32,000 nt of DNA from Candidatus Korarchaeum cryptofilum OPF8 (GTDB taxonomy: Archaea > Korarchaeota > Korarchaeia > Korarchaeales > Korarchaeaceae), in NCBI RefSeq assembly GCF_000019605.1, contig NC_010482.1, positions 600,001 through 632,000 on the forward strand, given 5' to 3'. Every line of letters starts with the position of its first letter. The first letter of the stretch is position 1. A program made the translations under genes and the position numbers. The notes under the pieces were generated by a model that saw nothing but the letters and a program-made list of their open reading frames with translations, was not told where the DNA came from and ran no database searches. Below, piece after piece: positions 7,878 to 17,897 of this stretch.

Positions 7878-9171
7878 AAAGTTAGAGGAGCTGAGATCAA
7901 GGGTCCTAATTTCCTGCGCTATAGCTTCCTTCCTAACTCCCTTTTCATCTTCCTCAATAGCCTTCCTCCTCCCCGAGATCTCCTCCTATTTCGGGGTAGA
8001 GGTAGCCCTATCCAACTGGTCAGCTACAGCTTATCTTCTGGCCCTAGCATCCTCGATGGTCCCCTTCGGGAGGATCGCTGACTGGAAAGGTAGAGCGAAG
8101 GTCTTCCGGGCTGGCCTCGTCATATTCACGATATCCTCTATCGCAACTATCTTAGTTAGGGATTTCGGGTCCTTCATAGCCCTGAGGGTCCTGCAGGGCC
8201 TGGGCTCCTCTATGATATCAGCTACGAGCGTGGCTCTCATCTCCTCTATCTTTAGGGAGGGAAGGGGAAAAGCTATAGGGATAAATACAGCTGCAGTTTA
8301 CATAGGACTGAGCTTAGGGCCACTCTCAGCTGGCTTATTATCAGATCTCATATCCTGGATCTCGATATTCCCTCTCATGGGCACATTATCCGGGGTCTCC
8401 CTTCTCCTCTCCGTGAACCTCCCCGAGCTCGGGGAGGGGGGATCGAGGCCCAGTTACTCCTCTTCCCTCCTCTTCTCCGCTTCAATGATCTGTCTGATCT
8501 ACGGAATTTCGAATCTCGATAATATACTGGTCCTAGGATTCATAATAATGATCTCATGGCTCCTCTTGGAGCTGAGAAGGGGAGGGCTCATAGATCCCAA
8601 GCTCCTGAGGAATAGGAGCTACATGGCTTCCTCAACGGCTGCCCTACTGAATTACAGCGCCACCTATGCGATTACCATAATCCTCAGTAACTACCTGCAC
8701 GGCTTCCTCTCGCCGAGTGAGGCGGGGCTCATCCTCACAATCCAGCCAGTCATTCAAGCTGCTCTCTCCCCGATAGCCGGTCAGGCTTCCGATAGGAGGT
8801 CTCCCCACTTGATAGCTTCCCTCGGGATGATCGTGATAGCCCTGGGAATTGCCCTCCTCATCCCCCTCGGGTCCGAGGGCTTATTGAGGGTGGAAATATC
8901 CTTAGTTATCCTCGGAGCGGGATTCGCGCTCTTCGCATCCCCCAATACAGTGGCTGCGCTGAACTCATCCCCTCCAAAGCTTTACGGATCAGCGACAGCG
9001 TTCTTAGGATCGATGAGGTTCATGGGCCAGGCGATAAGCAGCTCCATAATAACGGCTTTAATGATGATAGAGGAGCCCCTTAAAGCCATGAACTCAGCTT
9101 TGATCATATACGTCGCGATAAGTATCTCAGGCGCTATCCTCTCAATTATCGCTAGGTTTTGGAGGGCTTAG
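7858..9171 (+). CDS. Major facilitator superfamily transporter
   Basis: About 12 hydrophobic helices. The loop motif GRIADWKGRAKV matches the MFS GxxxDRxGRR-type loop 2-3. The exact start is uncertain (GTG 7858 overlaps the ATPase gene by 20 nt; TTG 7867 is also possible). Confidence 0.85.
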   Translation: MPLLSSEKLEELRSRVLISCAIASFLTPFSSSSIAFLLPEISSYFGVEVALSNWSATAYLLALASSMVPFGRIADWKGRAKVFRAGLVIFTISSIATILVRDFGSFIALRVLQGLGSSMISATSVALISSIFREGRGKAIGINTAAVYIGLSLGPLSAGLLSDLISWISIFPLMGTLSGVSLLLSVNLPELGEGGSRPSYSSSLLFSASMICLIYGISNLDNILVLGFIIMISWLLLELRRGGLIDPKLLRNRSYMASSTAALLNYSATYAITIILSNYLHGFLSPSEAGLILTIQPVIQAALSPIAGQASDRRSPHLIASLGMIVIALGIALLIPLGSEGLLRVEISLVILGAGFALFASPNTVAALNSSPPKLYGSATAFLGSMRFMGQAISSSIITALMMIEEPLKAMNSALIIYVAISISGAILSIIARFWRA

Positions 9172-9374
9172 GCTAGAAGAAAAAGCGTGAAGATGCTGCA
9201 TCTTCCCGGGGCTATTCTCAATCGACCGGTTGCCTGAGGGAGACGAGTTTAGGCATCTACTAAATCAACTATAATATCCCAAATTTTTTCCACTAGTCCG
9301 GTGTGGTACAAAATTTTTGGAAACGAATCCATCCTCTCATGGCCCCTTAACTCATAATCTTACCGTAAAACTTT

Positions 9375-9384
9375 TTTTATTAAG
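9375..9384 (+). promoter_or_regulatory. TATA-like box (TTTTTATTAA) about 22 nt upstream of ATG 9401
   Basis: Supports ATG 9401 rather than the track's 9317 start. Confidence 0.45.
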
Positions 9385-9400
9385 AGCCCCCGCTACCCCT

Positions 9401-10165
9401 ATGAGTTCCTATCCCCAGATCTCATTATCCGGTAAGGTGGCCCTAATTACAGGAGGCTCCTCCGGCATAGGGAGGGCTATAGCCCTCAAGCTCTCCCAGG
9501 CGGGGGCTAAAATAGCTATTTTGGACATAAAGGAATGTGAAAGCCTGCTGAATGAGATAGGGAGGGATAAGGCTAGATTTTACAGGTGCGATGTCACATC
9601 AGCCGATGAAGTCAGGGAAGTCGTTAGGAGTGTTTATGAGGAATTCGGCAGGATAGATATTGTTGTAAATGCTGCTGGTGTCATAGTCAGGAAGGATGCC
9701 GTTGAAACCAGTGAGGAGGAGTGGGATAAGGTCTTGAACGTCAACCTGAAGGGTCCCTTCCTGGTCTCGAAATACTCGATACCTTACATGATCAGGGGAG
9801 GGGGTGGCAGCATAGTCAACGTAGCCTCGGGGTGGGGGCTGAAGGGAGGCCCCAAGGCAGTGGCTTACTGCGCCTCCAAGGGAGGCCTAATCAACATGAC
9901 TAGGGCCATGGCCATAGATCACGGTAAGGATGGGATAAGGGTCAACTGCGTCGCTCCAGGGGATGTGGATACCCCTATGCTCAGGAGCGAGGCCGAGCAG
10001 CTCGGTATGAAATGGGAGGATTTCCTGAGGGAGGCCGCTAACAGGCCCCTAGCTAGGATAGGGAAGCCTGAGGATATAGCTAATGCTGTCCTCTTCTTAG
10101 TGAGCGATATGGCCAGTTGGATAACTGGAGCTACTTTAGTAGTGGATGGAGGTGGTACTGCATGA
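9401..10165 (+). CDS. Short-chain dehydrogenase/reductase (SDR) family oxidoreductase
   Basis: TGGSSGIGRA cofactor motif, NAAG, catalytic S...YCASK and a PGDVDTPM segment. Confidence 0.9.
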   Translation: MSSYPQISLSGKVALITGGSSGIGRAIALKLSQAGAKIAILDIKECESLLNEIGRDKARFYRCDVTSADEVREVVRSVYEEFGRIDIVVNAAGVIVRKDAVETSEEEWDKVLNVNLKGPFLVSKYSIPYMIRGGGGSIVNVASGWGLKGGPKAVAYCASKGGLINMTRAMAIDHGKDGIRVNCVAPGDVDTPMLRSEAEQLGMKWEDFLREAANRPLARIGKPEDIANAVLFLVSDMASWITGATLVVDGGGTA

Positions 10166-11535
10166 GCCATCCCTACATCCCGAACTCGGTCGAGAGGGTT
10201 AAGAGGGAGATGCTCTCCTACATAGGGGTATCGAGCATAGAGGAGCTCTACGCGAGCATACCTGAGGAGATAAGGTTCAAGGGGAGGATGAACCTGCCAG
10301 AGCCACTCAGATCCGAGTACGAGCTCTACAGGCATATGAGGGAGATCCTCTCCAAAAACGTGAGTTGCGAGGATTATTTATGCTTCAAGGGAGGGGGGAC
10401 TTGGCCCCATTACGTCCCGGCGATATGCGATGAGATAGCTGGAAGGGCCGAGTTCCTCACCGCATATGCTGGGGATCCCTACGAGGACCACGGGAGGTGG
10501 CAGGCCCTCTTCGAGTTCGAGAGCTTGATGGCGGAGCTAGTAGATATGGATGTAGTCACAGTCCCCATTTACTCCTGGGGGCACGCTGCAGGCACGGCGA
10601 TGAGGATGGCCCACAGGATAAACGGGAGGAGGGAAGTTCTTATACCCAGGACTATATCGCCGGAGAGGTTCTTAGTGGTAAATAATTATGTTGACCCCGC
10701 CCTCAAGCTGATCAAAGTGGATTACGATAAGGAGAGAGGGATGATGGATATAGAGGACCTGAAGAGGAAGATATCGAGGGAGACAGCAGCCGTATACTTC
10801 GAGAACCCATCTTACCTAGGGTTCATAGAGACTGGAGGGAAGGAGATTTGCGAGATAGCTCATGAAATGGGGGCTATATGCATAGTAGGTGTGGATCCGA
10901 GTTCCCTGGGCGTGTTGGAGCCCCCTAGCCACTACGGGGCCGATATAACAGTGGGGGATCTTCAGCCGCTGGGGATACATATGAACTTCGGGGGAGGGCT
11001 GGGTGGCTTCCTAGCCACTAGGGATGAGGAGGAGTTCGTTAGGGAGATCCCGTACAGGATATTCGGTCTAGCTAAGACTGTGAAAGAGGGAGAATACGGT
11101 TTCGGAGACGTCTTATTTGAGAGGACATCCTTCGAGAAGAGGGAGAAGGCTAAAGAATTCGTTGGGACAGCTGCAGCTTCTCACGGAATAATTGCAGCCG
11201 TTTACCTATCCCTCCTAGGGCCCAAGGGTATGAGAGAGCTCGGAGAGGCGATACTCCAGAGGTCCGCTTACGCTATGAAAGCCCTCTCGAGCATAGGCCT
11301 CAAGGCTCCTAAGTTCAAGGCCCCTCACTTCAAGGAGTTCGTCGTGGAATTCCCAGGGAGGAAGAGCGTTGAGGAGATAAACAAGGAGCTCCTGAAGGAG
11401 GGGATATTCGGAGGCATAGATCTCAGGAAGCACTTCCCGGAGCTAGGGAACTCAGCCCTTTACTGCTTCACTGAAGTCCACACTAAGGAGGACATAGACA
11501 GACTAGTTGATGCCCTCAGGAGGATCCTGGGGTGA
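10162..11535 (+). CDS. gcvPA: Glycine dehydrogenase (aminomethyl-transferring) subunit 1 (P-protein alpha)
   Basis: N-terminus MSHPYIPNS...EMLSYIGVSSIEELYASIPEEIRF is typical of GcvPA. ATG 10162 overlaps the SDR stop (ATGA). Confidence 0.9.
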   Translation: MSHPYIPNSVERVKREMLSYIGVSSIEELYASIPEEIRFKGRMNLPEPLRSEYELYRHMREILSKNVSCEDYLCFKGGGTWPHYVPAICDEIAGRAEFLTAYAGDPYEDHGRWQALFEFESLMAELVDMDVVTVPIYSWGHAAGTAMRMAHRINGRREVLIPRTISPERFLVVNNYVDPALKLIKVDYDKERGMMDIEDLKRKISRETAAVYFENPSYLGFIETGGKEICEIAHEMGAICIVGVDPSSLGVLEPPSHYGADITVGDLQPLGIHMNFGGGLGGFLATRDEEEFVREIPYRIFGLAKTVKEGEYGFGDVLFERTSFEKREKAKEFVGTAAASHGIIAAVYLSLLGPKGMRELGEAILQRSAYAMKALSSIGLKAPKFKAPHFKEFVVEFPGRKSVEEINKELLKEGIFGGIDLRKHFPELGNSALYCFTEVHTKEDIDRLVDALRRILG

Positions 11536-11539
11536 GAGT

Positions 11540-13096
11540 ATGGGGGTCGTGAAGGTAAGGAGGGGGTTCCACGAGGCGAGATGGGAGGAGCCCATAATAT
11601 TCGAGTTGAGCAATGAGGGGGAGAGGGGCATTTTGATACCCCTCGATGATAAAATAGTGAGGGAAGTTGGCGACGTCCTATCCTCGATACCAGAGCACAT
11701 GAGGAGGAAGGACCCGCCGAAGCTACCCGAGGTATCTCAGATGAGGGTCTTAAAGCACTACCTGAGGTTATCCCAGGAGACCCTGGGGGCCGATCTGAAC
11801 ATAGACATAGGGCAGGGAACTTGCACTATGAAGTACAGCCCTAAAGTGAACGAGAGATTCGTAGCGATGGTGAGGGAGCTTCATCCATATCAAGATGAGG
11901 AAACTGTCCAGGGAGCTCTAGAAATAATGTACAAGCTCGATCTCTTCCTCAGGGAGATATCCGGGCTGGATAGGTTCAGCTTCCAGCCCGGAGGAGGATC
12001 TCAAGCTATATTCGCCATGGCCTCCATAATAAGGGCTTACCACAAGAAGAGGGGTGAGGAGAGGGATGAGATAATAACAACTATATTCTCCCACCCATCT
12101 GATGCAGCAGCTCCGGCTGTGAAGGGATTCAAGGTGATAACAATATATCCAGATCCGGAGACTGGCATACCGGATGTGGAAGCCCTGAAGGCTGCCGTAT
12201 CCAAGAGGACAGCGGGCATGATAGTGGCGAATCCCGAGGACACTGGAATATTCAATCCGAGGATAAAGGAGTTCTGCGATATAGTCCATGAAGCCGGAGG
12301 GCTCTGCGGCTACGATCAAGCGAACGCTAACGGCATAATAGGGATAGTCAGGGCTAAGGAGTGCGGCTTCGACATGGGCTTCTTCAACCTCCATAAGACC
12401 TTCTCATCCCCCCACGGATGCGGAGGACCAGCTGTAGGGGCCCTGGGGGTGAGGAGGGAACTTGAGAACTTCCTACCGGTCCCTGTAGTCGATTACGATC
12501 CAGAGAGGAAGGCCTATTACCTGAATTACGACCTCCCGGATACGATAGGGAAGGTCAGAGAGTTTTACGGTGTATTCCCAGTAGTAGTGAGAGCTTATGC
12601 CTGGATAATGGCTTTGGGAGAGGAGGGACTGAAGGAAGTCGCTAGAGTGGCTGTCCTGAATAATAATTACGTGATGCACAGGATACTGAGGGAGGTCAGG
12701 GGAGCCGATATATCTTATCCAGCTAATAAGAGAAGGATAGAGCAAGTTAGGTATAGCCTCAAGAAGCTGAAGGATGAGACCGGAGTCGGAGCCGAGGATG
12801 TTATAAGGAGGATGGCTGACTTCGGGTTCCATCTATGGACGAGCCACCACCCGTGGATAATACCGGAGCCCTTAACTATAGAGCCGACCGAATCCTACTC
12901 CAAGGAGGAGCTGGATGAATACGTAGAGGCCCTGAAGGAAGTAGTGAGGGAGGCTTACGAGGAGCCGGAGACTGTAATAAATGCCCCGCATAGGAGCGTG
13001 ATCCATAAGATAGAGGATAACAGCTGGTTCTCAGATCCGAAGAAGTGGTCCATAACCTGGAGGCTCTTCCTGAAGAAGCACGGTGGTAAGCTTTGA
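11540..13096 (+). CDS. gcvPB: Glycine dehydrogenase (aminomethyl-transferring) subunit 2 (P-protein beta)
   Basis: Segments IDIGQGTCTMKYSPK, FQPGGGSQA and the PLP-lysine context NLHKTFSSPHGCGGP. GGTGA lies 4 nt upstream of ATG 11540. Confidence 0.9.
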   Translation: MGVVKVRRGFHEARWEEPIIFELSNEGERGILIPLDDKIVREVGDVLSSIPEHMRRKDPPKLPEVSQMRVLKHYLRLSQETLGADLNIDIGQGTCTMKYSPKVNERFVAMVRELHPYQDEETVQGALEIMYKLDLFLREISGLDRFSFQPGGGSQAIFAMASIIRAYHKKRGEERDEIITTIFSHPSDAAAPAVKGFKVITIYPDPETGIPDVEALKAAVSKRTAGMIVANPEDTGIFNPRIKEFCDIVHEAGGLCGYDQANANGIIGIVRAKECGFDMGFFNLHKTFSSPHGCGGPAVGALGVRRELENFLPVPVVDYDPERKAYYLNYDLPDTIGKVREFYGVFPVVVRAYAWIMALGEEGLKEVARVAVLNNNYVMHRILREVRGADISYPANKRRIEQVRYSLKKLKDETGVGAEDVIRRMADFGFHLWTSHHPWIIPEPLTIEPTESYSKEELDEYVEALKEVVREAYEEPETVINAPHRSVIHKIEDNSWFSDPKKWSITWRLFLKKHGGKL

Positions 13097-14220
13097 GATT
13101 GGGGCTCATAGTGAATCCGATAGCTGGAATGGGAGGGAGGGTGGGCCTAAAGGGCACTGACGGGCCTGAGATGCTGAAGAAAGCTATAGAGCTGGGAGCG
13201 AAACCTTGGGCCGAGGATAGAGCTGTGGATGCTTTGAAAGTGCTTCTGCCAATCAGGGATTCCCTCACCATTTACACTTACCCGCATAAGATGGGGGAGA
13301 ATGCCGCTAAGAGGGCTGGCTTCAATCCGGAGGTCCTGGGGAGCGTAGGAGAGGAGACGACTGCCGAGGATACTGTGAGAGCTGCTGAGGATATGAGGAG
13401 GGTGGGAGTCGATATACTGCTCTTCGTGGGCGGGGATGGTACAGCGAGGGATGTCTGTAGAGCTATAGGGACTAGCTTAGTCACACTCGGCATACCCGCT
13501 GGGGTCAAAGTCTACTCCTCAGTATTCTCAGCTAGCCCCAAGGCTGGAGGGGAGCTAGCTCTCAAGTTCCTGAGGGGGGAAGTGAGCGAGGTAATAGAAG
13601 CCGAAGTCCTGGACATAGATGAGGATTCATTCAGAGAGGGAAGATTATCCGTAAAGCTATACGGCTACCTCAAGATACCTTACGATTCCAATTATATCCC
13701 GGGAGGTAAGGTGCCATCATCTCACTCCGAGAGTTACGATAGGGAGGCCATAGCGGCTGAGCTCCTCGAGGTGATGGAGAGAGATGTCATATATCTCATA
13801 GGGCCCGGGAGCACGACTAAGGAAGTGATGAAAGCGCTCAGCTTAGATTTCAGTCCTCTGGGCGTTGATGCAATCCTAAACGGTGAGTTGATTGGGAAGG
13901 ACCTCAATGAGAGGCAGATAATCGAGCTAATTTCGGGGAGGAAGGCCAAAGTAGTAGTCACTCCCATAGGAGGCCAGGGCTATGTGTTCGGGAGGGGGAA
14001 TCAGCAGATAAGCCCAGAAGTCCTGAGGAGGGTGGGGAAGGGCAATATCATAATAGTGGCTACGAGGGGGAAGCTAGAATCCCTAAGGGGGAGACCACTC
14101 CTCGTAGATACGGGAGACGAAGCCCTCGATGTCGAGCTCTCGGGTTACTACAAGGTGATAACTGGATATAGGGAGTATACAGTGTATAAAGTCGTTCCAG
14201 CATCGACCCTCGAGAGCTGA
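13093..14220 (+). CDS. ATP-NAD kinase-like / diacylglycerol-kinase-fold family protein (COG3199-like)
   Basis: N-terminus LGLIVNPIAGMGGRVGLKGTDG and a GGDGT motif (FVGGDGTARDV). The TTG start overlaps the gcvPB stop (TTGA). Confidence 0.7.
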   Translation: MRLGLIVNPIAGMGGRVGLKGTDGPEMLKKAIELGAKPWAEDRAVDALKVLLPIRDSLTIYTYPHKMGENAAKRAGFNPEVLGSVGEETTAEDTVRAAEDMRRVGVDILLFVGGDGTARDVCRAIGTSLVTLGIPAGVKVYSSVFSASPKAGGELALKFLRGEVSEVIEAEVLDIDEDSFREGRLSVKLYGYLKIPYDSNYIPGGKVPSSHSESYDREAIAAELLEVMERDVIYLIGPGSTTKEVMKALSLDFSPLGVDAILNGELIGKDLNERQIIELISGRKAKVVVTPIGGQGYVFGRGNQQISPEVLRRVGKGNIIIVATRGKLESLRGRPLLVDTGDEALDVELSGYYKVITGYREYTVYKVVPASTLES

Positions 14221-14362
14221 CCTCAAAATCCTCTCATTTTTAATTCCCTTTTCCGATCAGCCTCTTAAGGAAAAATATATCTTTGAGCGAGCTTAGGAGA
14301 ATTATTTCAGCTCAGATGAGCGGGAATTTTCACAGCATCTCCCTAGATCAGATCGAGGATAA

Positions 14363-15004
14363 TCAAGACTCACAACTGACTTCAGCTCTCCTGAAGTTAG
14401 CTGATATCGTGACGATCTGCTCCAGCACTTTCGCTGTTCTACCGCTCAATGAACCGGCATCTATCCTAATGATGTTTATAGGACCGCTCTCACCGTAAAG
14501 AGTTATTATAACTCTGACGTCCTCAGCGGTCTCATAGCCAGCGTTGAAGAGGACTATGTGGAACTTAACGTTGGCTGTACCGCAGGGCACGCAGCCGAAA
14601 CTATCGTACCACCAATGAACTACGTAAACTCTAGCCCTCCTGATTGATGAGAGCTCATTCCTGCAGCTCGCTAACTCCCTCTCACATACCGATTCATTCT
14701 CTACCTTAATCTCAACCGGTTGAGTTTCCTTGGAGAGGCATGATGATAGTTCATCCTGCTTCGCTTTCAGTTCCTCCCGCAGCTTCTCTATCTCCTCCTC
14801 AGCCTCGCTCAACTCCTTCCTCAGAGCAGCCGCATTGCTCTCTGCATCGGATAAAAGGATCTCTTTCTCACTAATATTCCTTTTGAGCTCCTCCAAATTC
14901 TTCTCATACTCAGATATCCTTGATTGGAGCTTCTCAGCTTTATTGTAATAATAGGCGAGCCCCAATATCGAGAGGATGAGGAGGGCCAGAAGAACGTACC
15001 TCAC
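14363..15004 (-). CDS. Membrane-anchored coiled-coil protein with Cys-containing C-terminal domain
   Basis: N-terminal TM helix (VLLALLILSILGLAYYY), then a heptad-like E/K/L-rich stretch, then a Cys-containing globular part. Confidence 0.55.
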   Translation of the reverse strand: MRYVLLALLILSILGLAYYYNKAEKLQSRISEYEKNLEELKRNISEKEILLSDAESNAAALRKELSEAEEEIEKLREELKAKQDELSSCLSKETQPVEIKVENESVCERELASCRNELSSIRRARVYVVHWWYDSFGCVPCGTANVKFHIVLFNAGYETAEDVRVIITLYGESGPINIIRIDAGSLSGRTAKVLEQIVTISANFRRAEVSCES

Positions 15005-15089
15005 ATTATATTGTGCCCCGATAGCTTATAAGGCTCAAGGCCTTACCCTCTAATTAATGCCTTAAAAAAGTGAAGTTGAGTTAACCAGA

Positions 15090-16460
15090 TCAGCCCTTCT
15101 CCTTTCCCCTGATCCTCCTCAGCTCCATCATGTACTCCCTCTTGAGCTTCACATAGACGCCTTCAGGTATCTCCCCTCTCCTTCTCATCTCCTCCAGCTT
15201 CGATATCTTCTCCCTTATCCTCTTAACTCTCTCATCCGATGGCTTCTTTTTCCTCCTGTATTTGAGCAGGAGGTAGAATGTAGTGAGCCCGAATATCACA
15301 GCCAGGGATATGCTGAGGATCGTGATCATGTAGAGGGGATTCAGAGTCCTCTCCCACTTCGCTAAAGCTACCTTCGGCTTATCCATCAGTATTGGATCCG
15401 ATATTAGTGAGCTCCCGTTCGCATCCCCTCCCCATCCCTTGAAGACGTAGATCCAGGGGAATTCCTCTATCTTATCTGTCTTGAGCTTCGCCCTCGCGTA
15501 GCTCCCAGCATCGTACCATCCTGAGCCCTCCGCCTCCCCCAGCTCGGATGTGACGTTCAGGTAGTACTGGACCCTGTACTCAGCCACATAGGAGCTTGGC
15601 TCCGCTCTAACTGAGATGGAAGTCGAGTTGCTCATGCCCCTCCATCCCCTGAAGATGTACCTCCTCCCATCCTCAGTCCTCTGGGCATCAGCGGACAGGC
15701 TGTGAATACTCCCCTCCTCCCATTCGAAATCCCCTCCTCCGGGATAGGCCTTCCCATCAACGTAGACAGTCAATCCCGGTGGATCCGTCCTCACGCTCAC
15801 TTTCAACGGACCTTTCGCGACTTCCACATCTATCCAATCGCTTGAGGATCCGGAGAAATCCTTATTCCCACTCCAGAGAGCTCTGAACCTCCAAGTCCCG
15901 CTCACGTTCAGGAGGAGAGATCGGGAGAAGTTCCCATTCTCGACGATAAGCGTCAAGTTCCTCCTAGCTCCATCCGGACTCACTACTTCGAGGCTCAGAT
16001 TAGCTCTCTCAGGTTTCATGGAGCCGAATAACGTGATCTCCTCCCCTACCCTCACTTTCCTCGGGGAAGCGTTCAAGTATATCTGCGAGGCCCCTCTGGT
16101 GACGTTCACCTTGACATCGCCCTTAGCCAGTAGAGTGGTCCCGCAGTACAACTCGACCCTGAAGGTATGGATCCCCGCTCTATCGGCGCTGAAGGTCCTC
16201 CTGATACCCATGGGTCCAGGGGCTTTCAGGGGATCCCCGTATCCCTCAGCCGGATATCTGACTACCTCCCCGCTCGGGTAAGTCCTGTAGATGACCACAT
16301 GATACTCCTTGCAGCCGGTATCTCCCCAGAGGATGTTCAGCTCTATCTCCTCTCCAGCCCCAACGGATCCCTTGGATGCCCATACTTTCAGATCCTCAGC
16401 TGAGGCTGCTTGAACAACTATCAAGAGCACCAAGAGGATCAGCAATTCCTTCCTTCTCAT
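15090..16460 (-). CDS. Secreted, membrane-anchored protein with Ig-like/B-repeat-like ectodomain and SHOCT-like cytoplasmic tail
   Basis: Signal peptide MRRKELLILLVLLIVVQAASA and repeated beta-rich segments (FRGWRG..., FKGWGGDANGS). A C-terminal TM helix is followed by RRGEIPEGVYVKLKREYMMEL. Confidence 0.6.
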   Translation of the reverse strand: MRRKELLILLVLLIVVQAASAEDLKVWASKGSVGAGEEIELNILWGDTGCKEYHVVIYRTYPSGEVVRYPAEGYGDPLKAPGPMGIRRTFSADRAGIHTFRVELYCGTTLLAKGDVKVNVTRGASQIYLNASPRKVRVGEEITLFGSMKPERANLSLEVVSPDGARRNLTLIVENGNFSRSLLLNVSGTWRFRALWSGNKDFSGSSSDWIDVEVAKGPLKVSVRTDPPGLTVYVDGKAYPGGGDFEWEEGSIHSLSADAQRTEDGRRYIFRGWRGMSNSTSISVRAEPSSYVAEYRVQYYLNVTSELGEAEGSGWYDAGSYARAKLKTDKIEEFPWIYVFKGWGGDANGSSLISDPILMDKPKVALAKWERTLNPLYMITILSISLAVIFGLTTFYLLLKYRRKKKPSDERVKRIREKISKLEEMRRRGEIPEGVYVKLKREYMMELRRIRGKEKG

Positions 16461-16558
16461 CCCTCGATCCGGGCCCTTGGATATAATAAACGTTACCTCA
16501 GCACAGCTAGTTGAATTAGGGGATCAGCTTTTTAAGACTCCCAGCGGGGAAGGAGAGG

Positions 16559-17893
16559 ATGAGCAAAGCTGTGAGGATGAGATACGATAGAGGCACTATA
16601 TTAGTGGAGGGCCTCGATAAACTGCCTCACTGTAGATGGGATGGGAGGGTAGGGGCCTTAAGGGCTCCGGCCTTCAGGTACCCAGAGATAAAGGAGCTCC
16701 TCCCCCATGCTATAGATGAGGTCATGGACCCCCTGCCCATGCCAGAGGTTAGGGGGAGGATTGAGCTCAAGCCCTTTCAGATGGAAGCATTCAATTCCTG
16801 GATTGAGAAGGGAAGAGGGATAATAGTGCTGCCCACAGGGGCTGGGAAGACTTACATAGCTCTGAAGGCCATAGAGAGGCTGAGGAAGAGCACCCTCATA
16901 ATAGTACCGACGATACCCCTCCTGAATCAGTGGAGCGATCTCTTGACTAAGCTGGGGATAGAGGCCGGTATCATAGGAGGAGGTAAATCTGAGCTGAGGC
17001 CAGTTACCGTTATAACTTACGATTCAGCTTACCTGAGATCGGATGAGCTCGGGAATAAGTTCGAACTCGTCGTGTTCGATGAGGTCCATCATCTGGCTGC
17101 GGCTGGATATATAGAGATAGGTGAATCCCTGGCCTCCCCATACAGGATGGGGCTCACAGCTACCCTGGAGAGGGAGGACGGGAGGCACAGCTTACTCTTC
17201 CCAATAGTGGGGGGAGTGGTCTACAGGATCGGGCCCAAGGAACTAGCTGGTACTCATCTCTCGGAGTTCGATACAGTAAGGATAGGGGTTGAGCTGAGCG
17301 AGGAGGAGAGGGCCGAATATGATAAATGCCTGAGGGAGTATAGGGAAGCTCTCAGGGATCTCAAGCTCAGGATCACGGGGATGGAGGACTTCATGAAATT
17401 GATAAGGATGAGCTCCTCGAATCCAACAGCTAGGAAGGCCCTACTCGCTTGGCACAGGATGAGGAAGATAGCCCTTAACTCCAGATCGAAACTGGATACC
17501 CTTCAAAGCCTCCTGGAGAGCCATAAGGATGATAAGGTCATAATATTCACGGAGTTCAACGAGATGGCTGAGGAGATAAGCAGGAGGTTCCTGATACCAC
17601 TGATAACACATAGGACGGATAAGAAGGAGAGGAAGGAGGTTCTGGATGCCTTCAGAGTTGGCTCCGTGACGAAGATAGTCACATCCAAGGTGCTGGATGA
17701 GGGCTTGGACGTACCCGATGCGAGGGTGGGGATAATACTCGGAGGCACTGGGAGCAGGAGGGAGTTCGTGCAGAGGCTAGGGAGGATACTGAGGAAGAGG
17801 GAGGGGAAGAGGGCCGTGCTATATGAAGTAATATCGAGGGGGACCAGCGAGGTCAGGGTATCGAGAAGGAGGAGGAAGGCGCTGCAGCGGTGA
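16559..17893 (+). CDS. xpb: XPB/Rad25-type SF2 DNA helicase
   Basis: N-terminal damage-recognition-like domain (YDRGTILVEG...). Motif I LPTGAGKT, motif II DEVHH. RED motif in TATLEREDG (17171-17179). Motif VI QRLGRILR. Confidence 0.9.
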   Translation: MSKAVRMRYDRGTILVEGLDKLPHCRWDGRVGALRAPAFRYPEIKELLPHAIDEVMDPLPMPEVRGRIELKPFQMEAFNSWIEKGRGIIVLPTGAGKTYIALKAIERLRKSTLIIVPTIPLLNQWSDLLTKLGIEAGIIGGGKSELRPVTVITYDSAYLRSDELGNKFELVVFDEVHHLAAAGYIEIGESLASPYRMGLTATLEREDGRHSLLFPIVGGVVYRIGPKELAGTHLSEFDTVRIGVELSEEERAEYDKCLREYREALRDLKLRITGMEDFMKLIRMSSSNPTARKALLAWHRMRKIALNSRSKLDTLQSLLESHKDDKVIIFTEFNEMAEEISRRFLIPLITHRTDKKERKEVLDAFRVGSVTKIVTSKVLDEGLDVPDARVGIILGGTGSRREFVQRLGRILRKREGKRAVLYEVISRGTSEVRVSRRRRKALQR

Positions 17894-17897
17894 TGCG

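Noticed and set aside
7385-7900. Long antisense ORFs opposite well-supported genes (for example 7385-7900, 6785-7069, 12473-12832, 11918-12394, 17503-17907, 18209-18694, 13278-13508, 25494-25787)
   Set aside because: Their translations are Ser/Leu/Pro-rich and low-complexity, typical of shadow frames opposite AGG/GAG-rich genes. They have no motifs, and the sense-strand genes have strong family signatures.
9189-9205. Perfect palindrome GAAGATGC-T-GCATCTTC, 18 nt after the MFS stop, as a terminator
   Set aside because: It could form a 6-bp stem with a 5-nt loop, but no T-tract follows, which is the usual archaeal termination signal. A single occurrence is not enough to call a terminator or an operator.
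9317-9400. Extended N-terminal starts offered by the ORF track (9317 for the SDR, 10117 for gcvPA, 11507 for gcvPB, 5214 for DUF438, 26127 for ATPase 1)
   Set aside because: The extensions overlap the upstream genes or promoters and add non-conserved residues. Internal ATG/GTG codons match the family N-termini and sit at the expected distance from TATA or SD-like elements.
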